A stretch of 64,000 nucleotides of DNA from Pseudomonadota bacterium (GCA_021848825.1 JAJZTQ010000002.1:5129-69128); one strand, 5' to 3'; shown: positions 49,495 to 59,536, numbered from the stretch's first letter. Made by a program: numbers and translations. The notes: generated by a model from the sequence alone, not told the origin.

Positions 49495-50657
49495 AGGTAC
49501 ATGAATACCAGGCGAAAGCCATATTGAGCCAGTACGGCGTTCCGACGCCTGAAGGATTCCCTGCATTCAGCGTGAAAGAGGCGCTCGATGCTGCGAAGAA
49601 GCTGGCCGGGAATGCCTGGGTGGTGAAGGCCCAGATCCATGCCGGAGGGCGCGGCAAGGGGGGCGGGGTGAAGCTTGCGAAATCGATGCAGGAAGTCGAG
49701 CAAATTGCCGACTCGATGCTCGGGATGAAGCTCGTCACGCCCCAGACAGGCGGCGAGGGAAGAATCGTCAAGCGCCTTCTGGTCGAGGAAGGGGCCGACA
49801 TCAGGGCGGAATATTACGCAGGCCTCGTCGTCGACAGGGTCAGCCAGCGGGTCGTCCTGATCGGCAGCAGCGAAGGCGGTACCGAGATAGAGGAAGTGGC
49901 GAAGGATGCACCGGAAAGGATAAACAGGGTTACGATCGACCCCGGATGCGGGTTGACCGAGCGGGATGCGCTGGATCTTGCAGAAAAGATGGGCATTCCC
50001 GGGCATGCTCGGAAACCGGCATCAGACATATTCATGTCGCTTTATCGCGCATTCGTCGAGAAGGACGCCATGCTGCTCGAAGTCAATCCGCTGATACTGG
50101 ACGGAAAGGGAAGGCTTCTTGCGCTCGATGCCAAGTTTAATTTCGACGACAACGCGCTCTTCAGGCATCCCGAGATCACTGCATTGCGCGATCTGGACGA
50201 GGAAGATCCGGCGGAAATAGAGGCTTCCCGTTTCGGGCTTTCCTATATCTCGCTCGACGGGGACATAGGCTGCCTTGTCAACGGGGCGGGGCTCGCCATG
50301 GCGACGATGGACATCGTCAAGCTTTACGGCGCTTCCCCTGCGAACTTCCTCGATGTCGGAGGAGGGGCTTCAGTCGAGAAAGTGACGGAAGCATTCAAGC
50401 TGATGCTCGCCAATCCTAAGGTGAAAGTGATCCTCGTCAACATCTTCGGCGGCATCATGAAATGCGATGTGATCGCTGAAGGCGTCGTCGCGGCGGCAAG
50501 GCAGGTGTCGCTCAACGTGCCGCTCGTGGTCAGGCTCGAAGGAACCAATGTCGAGCTGGGAAAGAAAATACTAGCCGAATCCGGGCTTCCCATCATTTCG
50601 GCGAACACCATGATGGATGCTGCGAGACGGGCAGTAGAAGCTTCGAGGGGATGCTGA
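49491..50657 (+). CDS. sucC: succinyl-CoA synthetase beta subunit
   Basis: [12 protein letters not shown] (ATG 49491, ATGA overlap with ubiX), [27 protein letters not shown]. Confidence 0.96.
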   Translation: MKVHEYQAKAILSQYGVPTPEGFPAFSVKEALDAAKKLAGNAWVVKAQIHAGGRGKGGGVKLAKSMQEVEQIADSMLGMKLVTPQTGGEGRIVKRLLVEEGADIRAEYYAGLVVDRVSQRVVLIGSSEGGTEIEEVAKDAPERINRVTIDPGCGLTERDALDLAEKMGIPGHARKPASDIFMSLYRAFVEKDAMLLEVNPLILDGKGRLLALDAKFNFDDNALFRHPEITALRDLDEEDPAEIEASRFGLSYISLDGDIGCLVNGAGLAMATMDIVKLYGASPANFLDVGGGASVEKVTEAFKLMLANPKVKVILVNIFGGIMKCDVIAEGVVAAARQVSLNVPLVVRLEGTNVELGKKILAESGLPIISANTMMDAARRAVEASRGC

Positions 50658-51532
50658 TGTCTATACTCGTAGACAGGAATACCAGGGTGATGACCCAGGG
50701 CATGACCGGGAAAACGGGCATGTTCCATACCATCCAGTGCAAGCACTACGCGAACGGGAAGGAATGCTTCGTCGCCGGTGTGACGCCCGGCAAGGGCGGG
50801 CAGCATTTCGAAGGCATACCGGTTTACGACACGGTGAAGGAGGCGAAGGAAAAGACAGGGGCGAATGTTTCCGTCATCTATGTTCCCCCTCCCTTCGCGG
50901 CGGCCGCCATCCTGGAGGCGGTGGATGCCGAGCTCGATCTCGTGATATGCATCACGGAGGGGATTCCCGTGCACGACATGATCAACGTGCGCTACAGGAT
51001 GAAGGAAAAGAAAACGCTGCTCATCGGTCCGAACTGTCCGGGCATCATCACCCCCGATGAAGTCAAGATAGGCATCATGCCCGGACACATCCACAAGAAG
51101 GGCAAGATAGGCGTCGTTTCCCGTTCAGGCACCCTGACTTACGAGGCGGTGGGGCAGCTGATGGAAGTTGGGCTGGGCCAGTCGACCTGCGTGGGCATCG
51201 GAGGCGACCCGGTGAACGGCATGAAGCATGTCGACGTGATGAAGCTTTTCAACGAGGATCCTGAAACGGAGGCGGTGATCATGGTCGGAGAAATCGGCGG
51301 AAACGACGAGGAAATCTGCTCGAGATGGATCAGGGAAAACATGAAGAAGCCGGTGGTCGGATTCATTGCAGGACTCACGGCGCCTCCCGGCAAGCGCATG
51401 GGCCATGCGGGCGCGATCATTTCGGGCGGCGAGGGAGGGGCGGAAGAAAAGCTTGCCGTGATGGAGGAATGCGGCATCAAAGTGACGCGCAATCCTTCTG
51501 AAATCGGGAGGCTGCTCAAGTCGGTATTATGA
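50657..51532 (+). CDS. sucD: succinyl-CoA synthetase alpha subunit
   Basis: [30 protein letters not shown], catalytic His region [10 protein letters not shown]. Confidence 0.96.
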   Translation: MSILVDRNTRVMTQGMTGKTGMFHTIQCKHYANGKECFVAGVTPGKGGQHFEGIPVYDTVKEAKEKTGANVSVIYVPPPFAAAAILEAVDAELDLVICITEGIPVHDMINVRYRMKEKKTLLIGPNCPGIITPDEVKIGIMPGHIHKKGKIGVVSRSGTLTYEAVGQLMEVGLGQSTCVGIGGDPVNGMKHVDVMKLFNEDPETEAVIMVGEIGGNDEEICSRWIRENMKKPVVGFIAGLTAPPGKRMGHAGAIISGGEGGAEEKLAVMEECGIKVTRNPSEIGRLLKSVL

Positions 51533-52215
51533 TCGACTGGTCGGGACTCTTCCAGATCATCGCCATAGACATCCTGCTCGGAGGGGACAATGCGGTGGTG
51601 ATCGCCCTTGCATGCAGGGATCTTCCGGAAGAAAAGAAGAAAAAGGCGATGATCTGGGGCATGGCGGGCGCGGTCGGCATCCGGGTCCTGCTGCTGTTCT
51701 TTGCCCTCGCCCTGCTCAAATTGCCCTATCTCAAGATGATCGCCGCGCTCTTCCTCTTCTGGATAGGCATCAATCTGCTCGGGGGAGAGGGGCGAGAGGG
51801 ACAGGCTGAAACAAGGGATGGCCTCTTCTCGGCTGTCAGGACCATCGTTCTTGCCGACGCGGTGATGAGCATCGACAACGTCATCGGCGTCGCCGGGGCG
51901 GCAAAGGACAGCATGCTGCTGATCATCATCGGGATTTCGGTGAGCATTCCGGTGATATTGTGGGGAAGCAGGTTCATCCTGAAAGTGATGGACAGGTTTC
52001 CCTTCGTTATCCTTCTTGGCGCAGGTCTGATAGGATGGGTAGCGGGGGAGATGTTCGCGTCCGATGCCGCCTTGCCGGCAAAGCTTCATGCGCTTTCCAC
52101 GGCAGTGGCTGCCGCTTCGGCGGTGCTCACCGCGCTGATCGGAAAATGGCGCCAGTCGAGAAGGAAGGAAACACCGCGTGAATTCGCGAAGGATTATGGA
52201 GGGGATTCGTCGTGA
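51529..52215 (+). CDS. TerC/YjbE-family integral membrane protein
   Basis: [18 protein letters not shown] and [17 protein letters not shown] repeats. Confidence 0.85.
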   Translation: MIDWSGLFQIIAIDILLGGDNAVVIALACRDLPEEKKKKAMIWGMAGAVGIRVLLLFFALALLKLPYLKMIAALFLFWIGINLLGGEGREGQAETRDGLFSAVRTIVLADAVMSIDNVIGVAGAAKDSMLLIIIGISVSIPVILWGSRFILKVMDRFPFVILLGAGLIGWVAGEMFASDAALPAKLHALSTAVAAASAVLTALIGKWRQSRRKETPREFAKDYGGDSS

Positions 52216-52631
52216 AAATGCTTATTCCTTTGGACGGCTCGGATGCTGCGCTTCATGCGGTGGATCATGTCATCGAGACGGCGAAGTTTTATCAGGGCGG
52301 AGTGGAAGTGCATCTGCTCAATGTCCAGTTTCCCATCCTCTCCGGCAATGTACGGACATTCGTAAGCGCCGACAAGATAGAGGAATATTACAGGGAAGAG
52401 GGCATGAAGGCCCTGAAGGACGCAAGGCAGAGGCTGGATGCGGCATGCATTGCCTTTCATGTCCATATCGGCGTCGGGAGTGTCGCCGAAACCATTCTGC
52501 GTTATGCGAAGGAGACGGGATGCGACCAGATCTGCATGGCGAGGCACGGCATCGGAAAGGTTGCACTGCTCGGCTCGGTTGCCGGGAAACTGTTGCATGC
52601 TTCTGAAATCCCTGTGCTCTTCGTCAGATAG
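52212..52631 (+). CDS. universal stress protein (UspA family)
   Basis: 139 aa, ILRYAKETGCDQICMARHG...GSVAGKLLHASEIPVLFV. Confidence 0.85.
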   Translation: MKMLIPLDGSDAALHAVDHVIETAKFYQGGVEVHLLNVQFPILSGNVRTFVSADKIEEYYREEGMKALKDARQRLDAACIAFHVHIGVGSVAETILRYAKETGCDQICMARHGIGKVALLGSVAGKLLHASEIPVLFVR

Positions 52632-52697
52632 GATTACCATATATTGCGGCAGATGGTGCATAATTGTCCCGATTGTCCGTATGATTCGAAATATGAC

Positions 52698-53507
52698 ATG
52701 GATTCAAGCCGTGTACTGGAAATTGCCAGCAAATCCGATGCAGGTCTTGTGCGTTCGCACAACGAGGACAGCATCGGTTCGGATGCTTCAATCGGGCTTG
52801 CAGTCCTGGCTGATGGCATGGGCGGATACAATGCCGGGGAGGTGGCGAGCGGCATCGCCGTTTCCATGATCACATCCGGCATGAAGGCCGCGCTTTCCGG
52901 CCGGGGACAACCGGATGAGGCCAGCGGGGAAAGCATGTTGCGCGAACAGGTTGCGGCTGCAAACAGCGCGATATTCAATGCCGCAAGGCAGAGAAAGGAA
53001 TGCGAAGGCATGGGGACGACCCTCGTCGCCGCGCTTTTCTTCGATGGGAAGGTGAGCGTCGCCCATCTCGGGGACTCCCGCATGTACAGACTGCGCGGCG
53101 GGAAGCTGGAGATCATGACGCACGACCATTCCCTGCTGCAGGAGCAGCTTGACAGCGGCATGCTGACAAAGGAAGAGGCCAGGTTCTCCCAGTACAGGAA
53201 CATCGTGACGAGGGCGCTGGGAATCGAACAGGATGTGGAGATAGAGATCAGGAGCTTCGATGTGCAGCCCGACGACCTCTACCTGCTTTGTTCAGACGGG
53301 CTGAATGACATGCTCGAAGACGAGGAAATAGGGCTTGTCCTGGATACGCTGAGATCGAATCTGAAGCTGGCGGCCGAGAAGCTCGTGGCTCTCGCAAATG
53401 AAAATGGCGGGCGCGACAACATTTCGGTTATCCTCGTGAAAGTGAAGCAGGGAATCGGGGTCCAGCGCGGACTGATGTCGAGGCTCATGTCATCATTCAG
53501 GAAATAA
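52698..53507 (+). CDS. PP2C-family Ser/Thr protein phosphatase
   Basis: KSDAGLVRSHNEDS, LADGMGGYNAGEVAS, HLGDSRMYR, LCSDGLNDML, NGGRDNISVILV. Start set at ATG 52698; the upstream ATG 52644 cannot be excluded. Confidence 0.85.
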   Translation: MDSSRVLEIASKSDAGLVRSHNEDSIGSDASIGLAVLADGMGGYNAGEVASGIAVSMITSGMKAALSGRGQPDEASGESMLREQVAAANSAIFNAARQRKECEGMGTTLVAALFFDGKVSVAHLGDSRMYRLRGGKLEIMTHDHSLLQEQLDSGMLTKEEARFSQYRNIVTRALGIEQDVEIEIRSFDVQPDDLYLLCSDGLNDMLEDEEIGLVLDTLRSNLKLAAEKLVALANENGGRDNISVILVKVKQGIGVQRGLMSRLMSSFRK

Positions 53508-53521
53508 AGGGGCAGTTTATC

Positions 53522-54235
53522 ATGTCGAAATTGATTCTCAGCCTTGACGGGAAGGAGCTCAAGGAAGTCCCGCTCGACAAGGAGCGCATCCTGATAGGGA
53601 GAAAATCGCAGAACGACATCCAGATCGACGATGTCGCCGTGAGCGGCGAGCACGCAGTCGTCATCACGATTCTCAACGATTCCTTCCTTGAGGACATGGG
53701 GAGCACGAACGGCACCAGAGTCAATGGCACCAGCGTCAAGAAATACTTCCTGCAGAACCATGATGTGATAGGGATAGGGAAATACAAGCTCACCTACATC
53801 CACGAGGCGGTCCCGCGTCCCGCCATTCACGAGCCGGCCCAGCGCGCTGTGCCTGACCTCGAGAAGACGGTCATGCTGCGCCCCTCCAGCGTATCGGCGA
53901 TGCTGCCTTCCTCCGTTTCCGCGCCGGTGGAAAAGTCGGAGGAGAAGGCGCCCCCTCCTCCGCCCAAGCCATCGTCAGGCGCTGCGGTGCAGCTTCTCAC
54001 CGGACCCAGTGCCGGACGGGAGCTCGATCTCGTCAAGAACCTGACCACATTGGGCAAGCCCGGCGTACAGGTTGCGGTCATCACGAGAAGGCCGCAGGGC
54101 TTCTTCATCACGCATGTCGACGGGGAAAAATCGCCTGTGCTCAATGGCAAGCCGATAGGATTGCAGCCCCATCCCCTCAAGGACCATGATATCGTCGAGC
54201 TGCTCGGCATCAAGATGGAATTTTTTCTGAAATAG
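53522..54235 (+). CDS. FHA-domain protein (canonical N-terminal FHA, Pro-rich linker, degenerate C-terminal FHA-like domain)
   Basis: N-domain IGRKSQNDIQIDDVAVSGEHAVV...GSTNGTRVNG. Linker EKAPPPPPKPS. C-domain TTLGKPGVQVAVI...VLNGKPIG...HDIVELLGIKMEF lacks the R/SxxH phosphothreonine-contact residues. Confidence 0.8.
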   Translation: MSKLILSLDGKELKEVPLDKERILIGRKSQNDIQIDDVAVSGEHAVVITILNDSFLEDMGSTNGTRVNGTSVKKYFLQNHDVIGIGKYKLTYIHEAVPRPAIHEPAQRAVPDLEKTVMLRPSSVSAMLPSSVSAPVEKSEEKAPPPPPKPSSGAAVQLLTGPSAGRELDLVKNLTTLGKPGVQVAVITRRPQGFFITHVDGEKSPVLNGKPIGLQPHPLKDHDIVELLGIKMEFFLK

Positions 54236-54243
54236 GCAAAACA

Positions 54244-55008
54244 GTGAAGCTCAGGGTTCTCGGGTGCAGCGGCGGGATAGGAGGAGAATTGCAGACCACT
54301 TCCTTTCTTCTGGATGATGACATACTGATCGATGCGGGAACCGGGACCGGAAGGCTGTCCCTGGAAGCGATGCGCAACATAGATCATATCTTCCTCACCC
54401 ACTCCCATCTCGATCATGTCGCATTCATTCCGCTGCTTGTCGACAGCGTGGGCTATCTCAGGCAGAAGCCGATAACGGTCCATGCGATTCCTGAAACCAT
54501 AGCGGCATTGAAGCAGCATCTTTTCAACTGGGTGATATGGCCCGATTTCAGCGTGATCCCGAACACGGAATCTCCCTATCTGGTTTTCGAGGAGATTTCG
54601 GTGGGGGAAACGGTCAGGCTGGGGGATCGGAAAATCACGGCCTTGCCTGCAGTCCATACCGTACCTGCAGTCGGCTATCATCTGGAAAGCGGAAAGGGAA
54701 GTCTCGTTTTCAGCGGCGATACCACCACCAACGATGCATTCTGGGAACGGGTGAATGAAATCGACGATCTCAGATACCTGATCATCGAGACCGCCTTTTC
54801 AAACGGCGAAAGGGAAATCGCGATCCTTTCGAAGCATCTTTGTCCCAGCCTTTTGGGCGAAGAACTGGCTAAACTTGAAAAGGATGTGCCTGTCTACATC
54901 ACGCATCTCAAGCCTGGGGAATTGTCGCTGATCATGGCGGAGATCGGCGAGGGCATATCGGGGGTCAGAACAGAAATGCTTGTAAACGAACAGATATTCG
55001 AAATATGA
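54244..55008 (+). CDS. class II-like 3',5'-cyclic-nucleotide phosphodiesterase (MBL fold)
   Basis: MKLRVLGCSGGIGG...TSFLLDDDILIDAGTG...IFLTHSHLDHVAFIPLL matches the HxHLDH class II PDE signature region. GTG start. Confidence 0.7.
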   Translation: MKLRVLGCSGGIGGELQTTSFLLDDDILIDAGTGTGRLSLEAMRNIDHIFLTHSHLDHVAFIPLLVDSVGYLRQKPITVHAIPETIAALKQHLFNWVIWPDFSVIPNTESPYLVFEEISVGETVRLGDRKITALPAVHTVPAVGYHLESGKGSLVFSGDTTTNDAFWERVNEIDDLRYLIIETAFSNGEREIAILSKHLCPSLLGEELAKLEKDVPVYITHLKPGELSLIMAEIGEGISGVRTEMLVNEQIFEI

Positions 55009-55009
55009 C

Positions 55010-57388
55010 ATGTCCAAACTGACAGACATATCGAGCGGCAGCATCCCTGTGCCGGGGGAAAGCCTTGCCGATGTCAGCATCAAGCTGAATTTCACCAAGG
55101 CCCTCCAGTCCCTGACCAACAGGATTCATGCCACGGGAAATTTCGACGAGATCATCTTCGATCTCGGCAAGGACATCTGCACCCTTTTCAACGCGGACAG
55201 GATCACGATCTACGTCGTGAGCGAAGACAAGACATCCATCGTCTCGAAAATCAAGACAGGGCTTTCCTCGTTCAAGGACTTGAAGCTGCCGATTTCCGAT
55301 CAAAGCATCGCGGGCTATGTCGCGAGGCACAAGAAGATGGTGAACGTCAAGGATGTGTACGACGAAAAGGAGCTGCAGTCCTACAGTCCCCAGCTTCACT
55401 TCATGAGGGAGGTGGACAAGCGCACGGGCTACCGGACCAAGCAGATGCTCGTCGCGCCGATAGTCGATGCGGAAAACGAGCTCGTGGGCGTGCTTCAGAT
55501 CATCAACAACAAGTTCGGCCTGCCATTTCAGCCGATGACGGAAGAGGGGGTGGTCGAACTCGCCAAGACCCTCGCCATCGCATTCAAGCAGAGACAGCGT
55601 CCCCATCAGCTCGTCAGGACGCGTTTCGACGTGCTGATAGCGGAAGGCGCGATTTCTGCAGTCGAGTTCGATCTTGCGTCCAGGTCCGCGAGAAGGCGGG
55701 ACGTGCCGCTGGAAGACGTGCTGCTGGACGAATTCCAGGTGAAGCCGGCTGCATTGGGCAAGTCGCTTGCTCACTTCTTCGACGTGGAATACGAGCCTTT
55801 CAGGTCTGACAGGACAAGACCCGCCGATCTCTTGAAGAACATCAAGCGGGATTATGTCGAAGCGAATCAATGGCTGCCTGTCGAGGAGGCCAAGGAAGGC
55901 ATCGTCATCATCAGCCCGGACCCGGAGAGGGCGCAGGGTTCCCGCATTCCCCACAATGTCTTTCCGAAGAGAAAGCTCGTTTTCAGGGTCTGTTCCCATC
56001 GGGAATTCGCGCAGACGGTCAACCTTTTTTATGCCGAAGAAGGCGGTTCTTCCATAGGAGATCTGCTTTCTTCCATGGATGACGAATCGGAGAGCGAGGA
56101 CATTTCCGACGAGCTTTCTGCTGCAGCGGACAACGAACTCGTCAAGCTCGTCAACAAGATCATCACGGATGCGCACAGGATGGGGGCATCCGACATCCAT
56201 ATCGAACCTTCTCCTGGAAAGGGAAAGACGCTGGTCAGGTTCCGCAAGGACGGAACGCTGCTGCCTTATGTCGAAGTCCCCGCCTCCTACAGAAACGCCA
56301 TCGTTGCCCGCGTCAAGATCATGTGCGATCTGGATATCTCCGAAAAGAGAAGGCCGCAGGACGGCAAGATCCTTTTCAGGAAATTCGCGCCGCTCAACAT
56401 CGAATTGCGTGTCGCGACCATCCCCTCGGCGGGAGGGGTGGAAGACATCGTGATGAGGATTCTGGCATCGGGCGACCCCATTCCCCTTGAAAAGATAGGC
56501 TTCTCTCAAAAGGCGTTCGATACGCTGAAATCGATCGTCACGAAGCCTTACGGCCTTTTCCTGGTCTGCGGACCGACAGGTTCGGGAAAGACGACGACGC
56601 TCCACTCGGTGCTCGGATACATCAATACCCCGCAGACCAAGATATGGACTGCCGAGGATCCGGTCGAGATCACCCAGAAGGGGTTGCGGCAGGTTCAGAT
56701 GAATCCCAAGGCCGGCCTCACTTTCGCGACGGCGATGCGCGCCTTTCTCCGCGCCGATCCGGATGTGATCATGGTGGGCGAAATGCGCGACAAGGAGACC
56801 ACATCGGTAGGCATCGAGGCGTCCCTCACCGGGCACCTCGTGATGTCGACGCTTCACACCAACAGCGCACCCGAGAGCATCGTCAGGCTGCTCGACATGG
56901 GCATGGATCCTTTCAATTTCTCCGATGCCATTCTCGGCATACTGGCGCAGAGGCTGATCAAGCGATTGTGCAGGCATTGCAGGAAAGCCTCGGTTGCAAC
57001 GGAACGGGAAATCAGGCAGCTCCTTGCCGAATACTGCGAGGAGCTGAAGCATACTTCGGCCTGGAAGCAGGATTCAGAAGCGGTTCTGAAGAAGATCTAC
57101 GAAGAATGGGCTGGAAGCTACGCGAATGAAAAAGGCGAATTCGTCCTTCATCATCCTGTCGGCTGCCCCGAATGCAGCGGCACGGGATACAGCGGCCGTC
57201 AGGGCATATTCGAACTGCTCAAGGGCACGGACGAGATCAAGCGGCATATCCAGGAAAGGGCGCAGGTTTCAACGCTTTTTGCGACCGCGCTTGACGAAGG
57301 CATGCGCACCCTGAAGCAGGACGGTATAGAAAAGGTGCTTCAGGGCATCACCGACATGCATCAGGTGAGAACGGCCTGCGTCAAATAA
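55010..57388 (+). CDS. GspE/PilB-family secretion ATPase with N-terminal GAF domain
   Basis: 792 aa. GAF-like region approx aa 30-195 (ADRITIYVV...LVAPIVDAENELVGVLQIINN), T2SSE_N-like region, Walker A GPTGSGKTTT, DPDVIMVGEMRD, GHLVMSTLHTN, Zn motif CRHC...CPEC. Confidence 0.85.
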   Translation: MSKLTDISSGSIPVPGESLADVSIKLNFTKALQSLTNRIHATGNFDEIIFDLGKDICTLFNADRITIYVVSEDKTSIVSKIKTGLSSFKDLKLPISDQSIAGYVARHKKMVNVKDVYDEKELQSYSPQLHFMREVDKRTGYRTKQMLVAPIVDAENELVGVLQIINNKFGLPFQPMTEEGVVELAKTLAIAFKQRQRPHQLVRTRFDVLIAEGAISAVEFDLASRSARRRDVPLEDVLLDEFQVKPAALGKSLAHFFDVEYEPFRSDRTRPADLLKNIKRDYVEANQWLPVEEAKEGIVIISPDPERAQGSRIPHNVFPKRKLVFRVCSHREFAQTVNLFYAEEGGSSIGDLLSSMDDESESEDISDELSAAADNELVKLVNKIITDAHRMGASDIHIEPSPGKGKTLVRFRKDGTLLPYVEVPASYRNAIVARVKIMCDLDISEKRRPQDGKILFRKFAPLNIELRVATIPSAGGVEDIVMRILASGDPIPLEKIGFSQKAFDTLKSIVTKPYGLFLVCGPTGSGKTTTLHSVLGYINTPQTKIWTAEDPVEITQKGLRQVQMNPKAGLTFATAMRAFLRADPDVIMVGEMRDKETTSVGIEASLTGHLVMSTLHTNSAPESIVRLLDMGMDPFNFSDAILGILAQRLIKRLCRHCRKASVATEREIRQLLAEYCEELKHTSAWKQDSEAVLKKIYEEWAGSYANEKGEFVLHHPVGCPECSGTGYSGRQGIFELLKGTDEIKRHIQERAQVSTLFATALDEGMRTLKQDGIEKVLQGITDMHQVRTACVK

Positions 57389-57389
57389 T

Positions 57390-59519
57390 TCAGTCCTTCA
57401 TCTCCCTTTTCTTGCGGTAGCTCGACAGCAGCTTGTACGCGATCAGTCCGAGCATGATCAGTATCAGTGCCAGGATGCCGTAGAAAACATAGGGATGGGC
57501 ATAGAGAAAGGAGGATGCGAAAGAGATGTCCCCCTTCTCCCCGGTGGTGTATTTTTTCCCGACGGAGATCGACACCACGTCATAGTTCGGCACATTGAGC
57601 TTGATCAGCGAAACGCCGCCTTTCATCCTCGCCAGTATGTCCGGCTGCAGTAGGGCATCGCCGAGCTTGGCAACGTCGCCGTCGTCCTGCGCCGTCATGA
57701 GCACAACGGACCTGCCTTTCTTGTATGGCGATTCGAATTCCATGACAAGTCCGGTGCCGTTTCCGAGTCCGCTCAGCTGCTTGCTGAATGAAATCGTTGT
57801 TTCGCTGTCCCAGCCCCTGCTGACGGGATAGGGTATGGTGGCGATGCCGTGCAGTTGTACGGGCGCGCGCGCCATGATCGACTCTGGAATGGAGGAGGAT
57901 TTCCCGATGACCAGTATTTCTCCTTCCCAGTTCTTCGGCTCGCTGAAGGAGATTCGGGTTTCGAAGAGGGGGAAACCGTTCTTCTGGGTGATCATTCCTA
58001 TCATGTCGAGCGCCGCGTCGATCGAGGCGTCATCGGGTTTGGGCAGATAGACGATGGTCTTGAACCCGTCAGGCCACCTCGTGAAGGGAAAGCCGTTGAG
58101 CGAGAAGAGTTCGAGCTTGGGCAATTCGACGAAATGCGGCATGGGCGGAAAGAAAAGCGTCGAATTTCCGAAAATCGTCACGAAAAGCCCATCCGTTATG
58201 TCGACATCGCATACCTGGTGCTGGGTATTGAGATAGGGCTTGAATGAAATCGTGTTGGTTCCCGGCTTGAACAGGTAGGTCGGGATATCCATCCTGTAGT
58301 CCTTGATGTAATTGCCATCAGGATTGTTGAGGTGGATATCGCGAAACTCCTTGCCATTCACGTTAATGCTGAGCGAGGAATCCTGGCGCAAGCCTGAACC
58401 GTAGGAAAGGTTCAATATCAGTTTTGCATACTGGTTCTGCCTGATCAGAAAGTCGGGCGGGAGCCTGAAGGTGAGGATAGATGCGGCATCGACAAAACCG
58501 TGGAAGCTGTGGGAATCCATCCCCAGCGTCTTGAAATCATAGACCTTGTCTGAAGAAAGCACTTCTCTTCCGCCATACATCGAAATGTCGGGCATGGTGA
58601 AGCTGTAGGCGCGCAATTCATCCGTTCCCGGATAAGGGAGGGACATGTTGGTGAAGGTTTCGGCAGCGATCTTGATCGCCTTGGCCGTGTCGCCGGACAC
58701 CACAATCAGGGCGTGCTGATCGTCCTCTGCTCCGGCTTCGGGCAAATGGAGAATCTTGATGTAGCCGCCCTGTCCCTCGGGAAGGGTCTTGCCGTATCTG
58801 GCGAGCACCCCGTCTGCAAACCGGGTCGTTCCGATCAACACATTGTCCATCCCCGGCTTGATATCGAGAGAATGCGAGAACTTTACCTGGCGATAATCGA
58901 AATGCCTCGCGATGCCGGATGCGACGATTCCGGCCAGCGTCGTGATTTCGGGGGAAGTGGCATCCATGACCAGGTTGATCGAGGCCTCGGGAACCTGTTT
59001 CGGGTCGAGAATCAGACCGATTGCTTCGGCCAGATGCAGCGGCAGCGGCTTCAGGCTGTAATCGAGCTGGATGGTGGAATCGGTCAGGCTGATGTTTGTC
59101 CAGAGATCCGGGGAACAGATCTGTTCGCACTGGCCGGAGAGATAATGCTGGACGACCTGGAAAGAAACGGTGTTGTATCCTGCCTTCAGGTGGTCAGGGG
59201 GAAGCGGCACATCCACCACGCCTTCCGGCGACTGGGTATTGAGCTTGAATTGCGAGACGGACATGCCATTGAGCTGCACCGCCATCTGGGAGCTGCTTGC
59301 AATCATGTTGTTCGAAGCCATGTAGTGCAGCTTCAGGGTGGCGCCGTGCACATCCCATCTTTCAGGAATGGGAATGGACAAATTCTGAACCGAGCGGATG
59401 CATTTCAGTTCGAGGGTGGGAACCGGCGAGAACTTCTGCAGCGGCAGGGTGAGTGTATCGGCAAATGCTGTCGTGCTCAGGAACAGCATGGCAAGGATCA
59501 GGCTGAATGATTTTGTCAT
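57390..59519 (-). CDS. bcsB: BcsB-like periplasmic subunit of a cellulose-synthase-type complex
   Basis: 709 aa. Signal peptide MTKSFSLILAMLFLSTTAFA, large periplasmic body, single C-terminal TM anchor (FYGILALILIMLGLIAYKLL), directly downstream of bcsA. Family call rests on architecture and context. Confidence 0.7.
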   Translation of the reverse strand: MTKSFSLILAMLFLSTTAFADTLTLPLQKFSPVPTLELKCIRSVQNLSIPIPERWDVHGATLKLHYMASNNMIASSSQMAVQLNGMSVSQFKLNTQSPEGVVDVPLPPDHLKAGYNTVSFQVVQHYLSGQCEQICSPDLWTNISLTDSTIQLDYSLKPLPLHLAEAIGLILDPKQVPEASINLVMDATSPEITTLAGIVASGIARHFDYRQVKFSHSLDIKPGMDNVLIGTTRFADGVLARYGKTLPEGQGGYIKILHLPEAGAEDDQHALIVVSGDTAKAIKIAAETFTNMSLPYPGTDELRAYSFTMPDISMYGGREVLSSDKVYDFKTLGMDSHSFHGFVDAASILTFRLPPDFLIRQNQYAKLILNLSYGSGLRQDSSLSINVNGKEFRDIHLNNPDGNYIKDYRMDIPTYLFKPGTNTISFKPYLNTQHQVCDVDITDGLFVTIFGNSTLFFPPMPHFVELPKLELFSLNGFPFTRWPDGFKTIVYLPKPDDASIDAALDMIGMITQKNGFPLFETRISFSEPKNWEGEILVIGKSSSIPESIMARAPVQLHGIATIPYPVSRGWDSETTISFSKQLSGLGNGTGLVMEFESPYKKGRSVVLMTAQDDGDVAKLGDALLQPDILARMKGGVSLIKLNVPNYDVVSISVGKKYTTGEKGDISFASSFLYAHPYVFYGILALILIMLGLIAYKLLSSYRKKREMKD

Positions 59520-59536
59520 TTTATGGATATTTCTTG

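Noticed and set aside
52644-52697. CPDCP in the alternative N-terminal extension of the PP2C ORF as a zinc-binding element.
   Set aside because: It has only two cysteines and no second pair. The extension is not typical of PP2C N-termini and coincides with a DNA direct repeat, so it is more likely non-coding.
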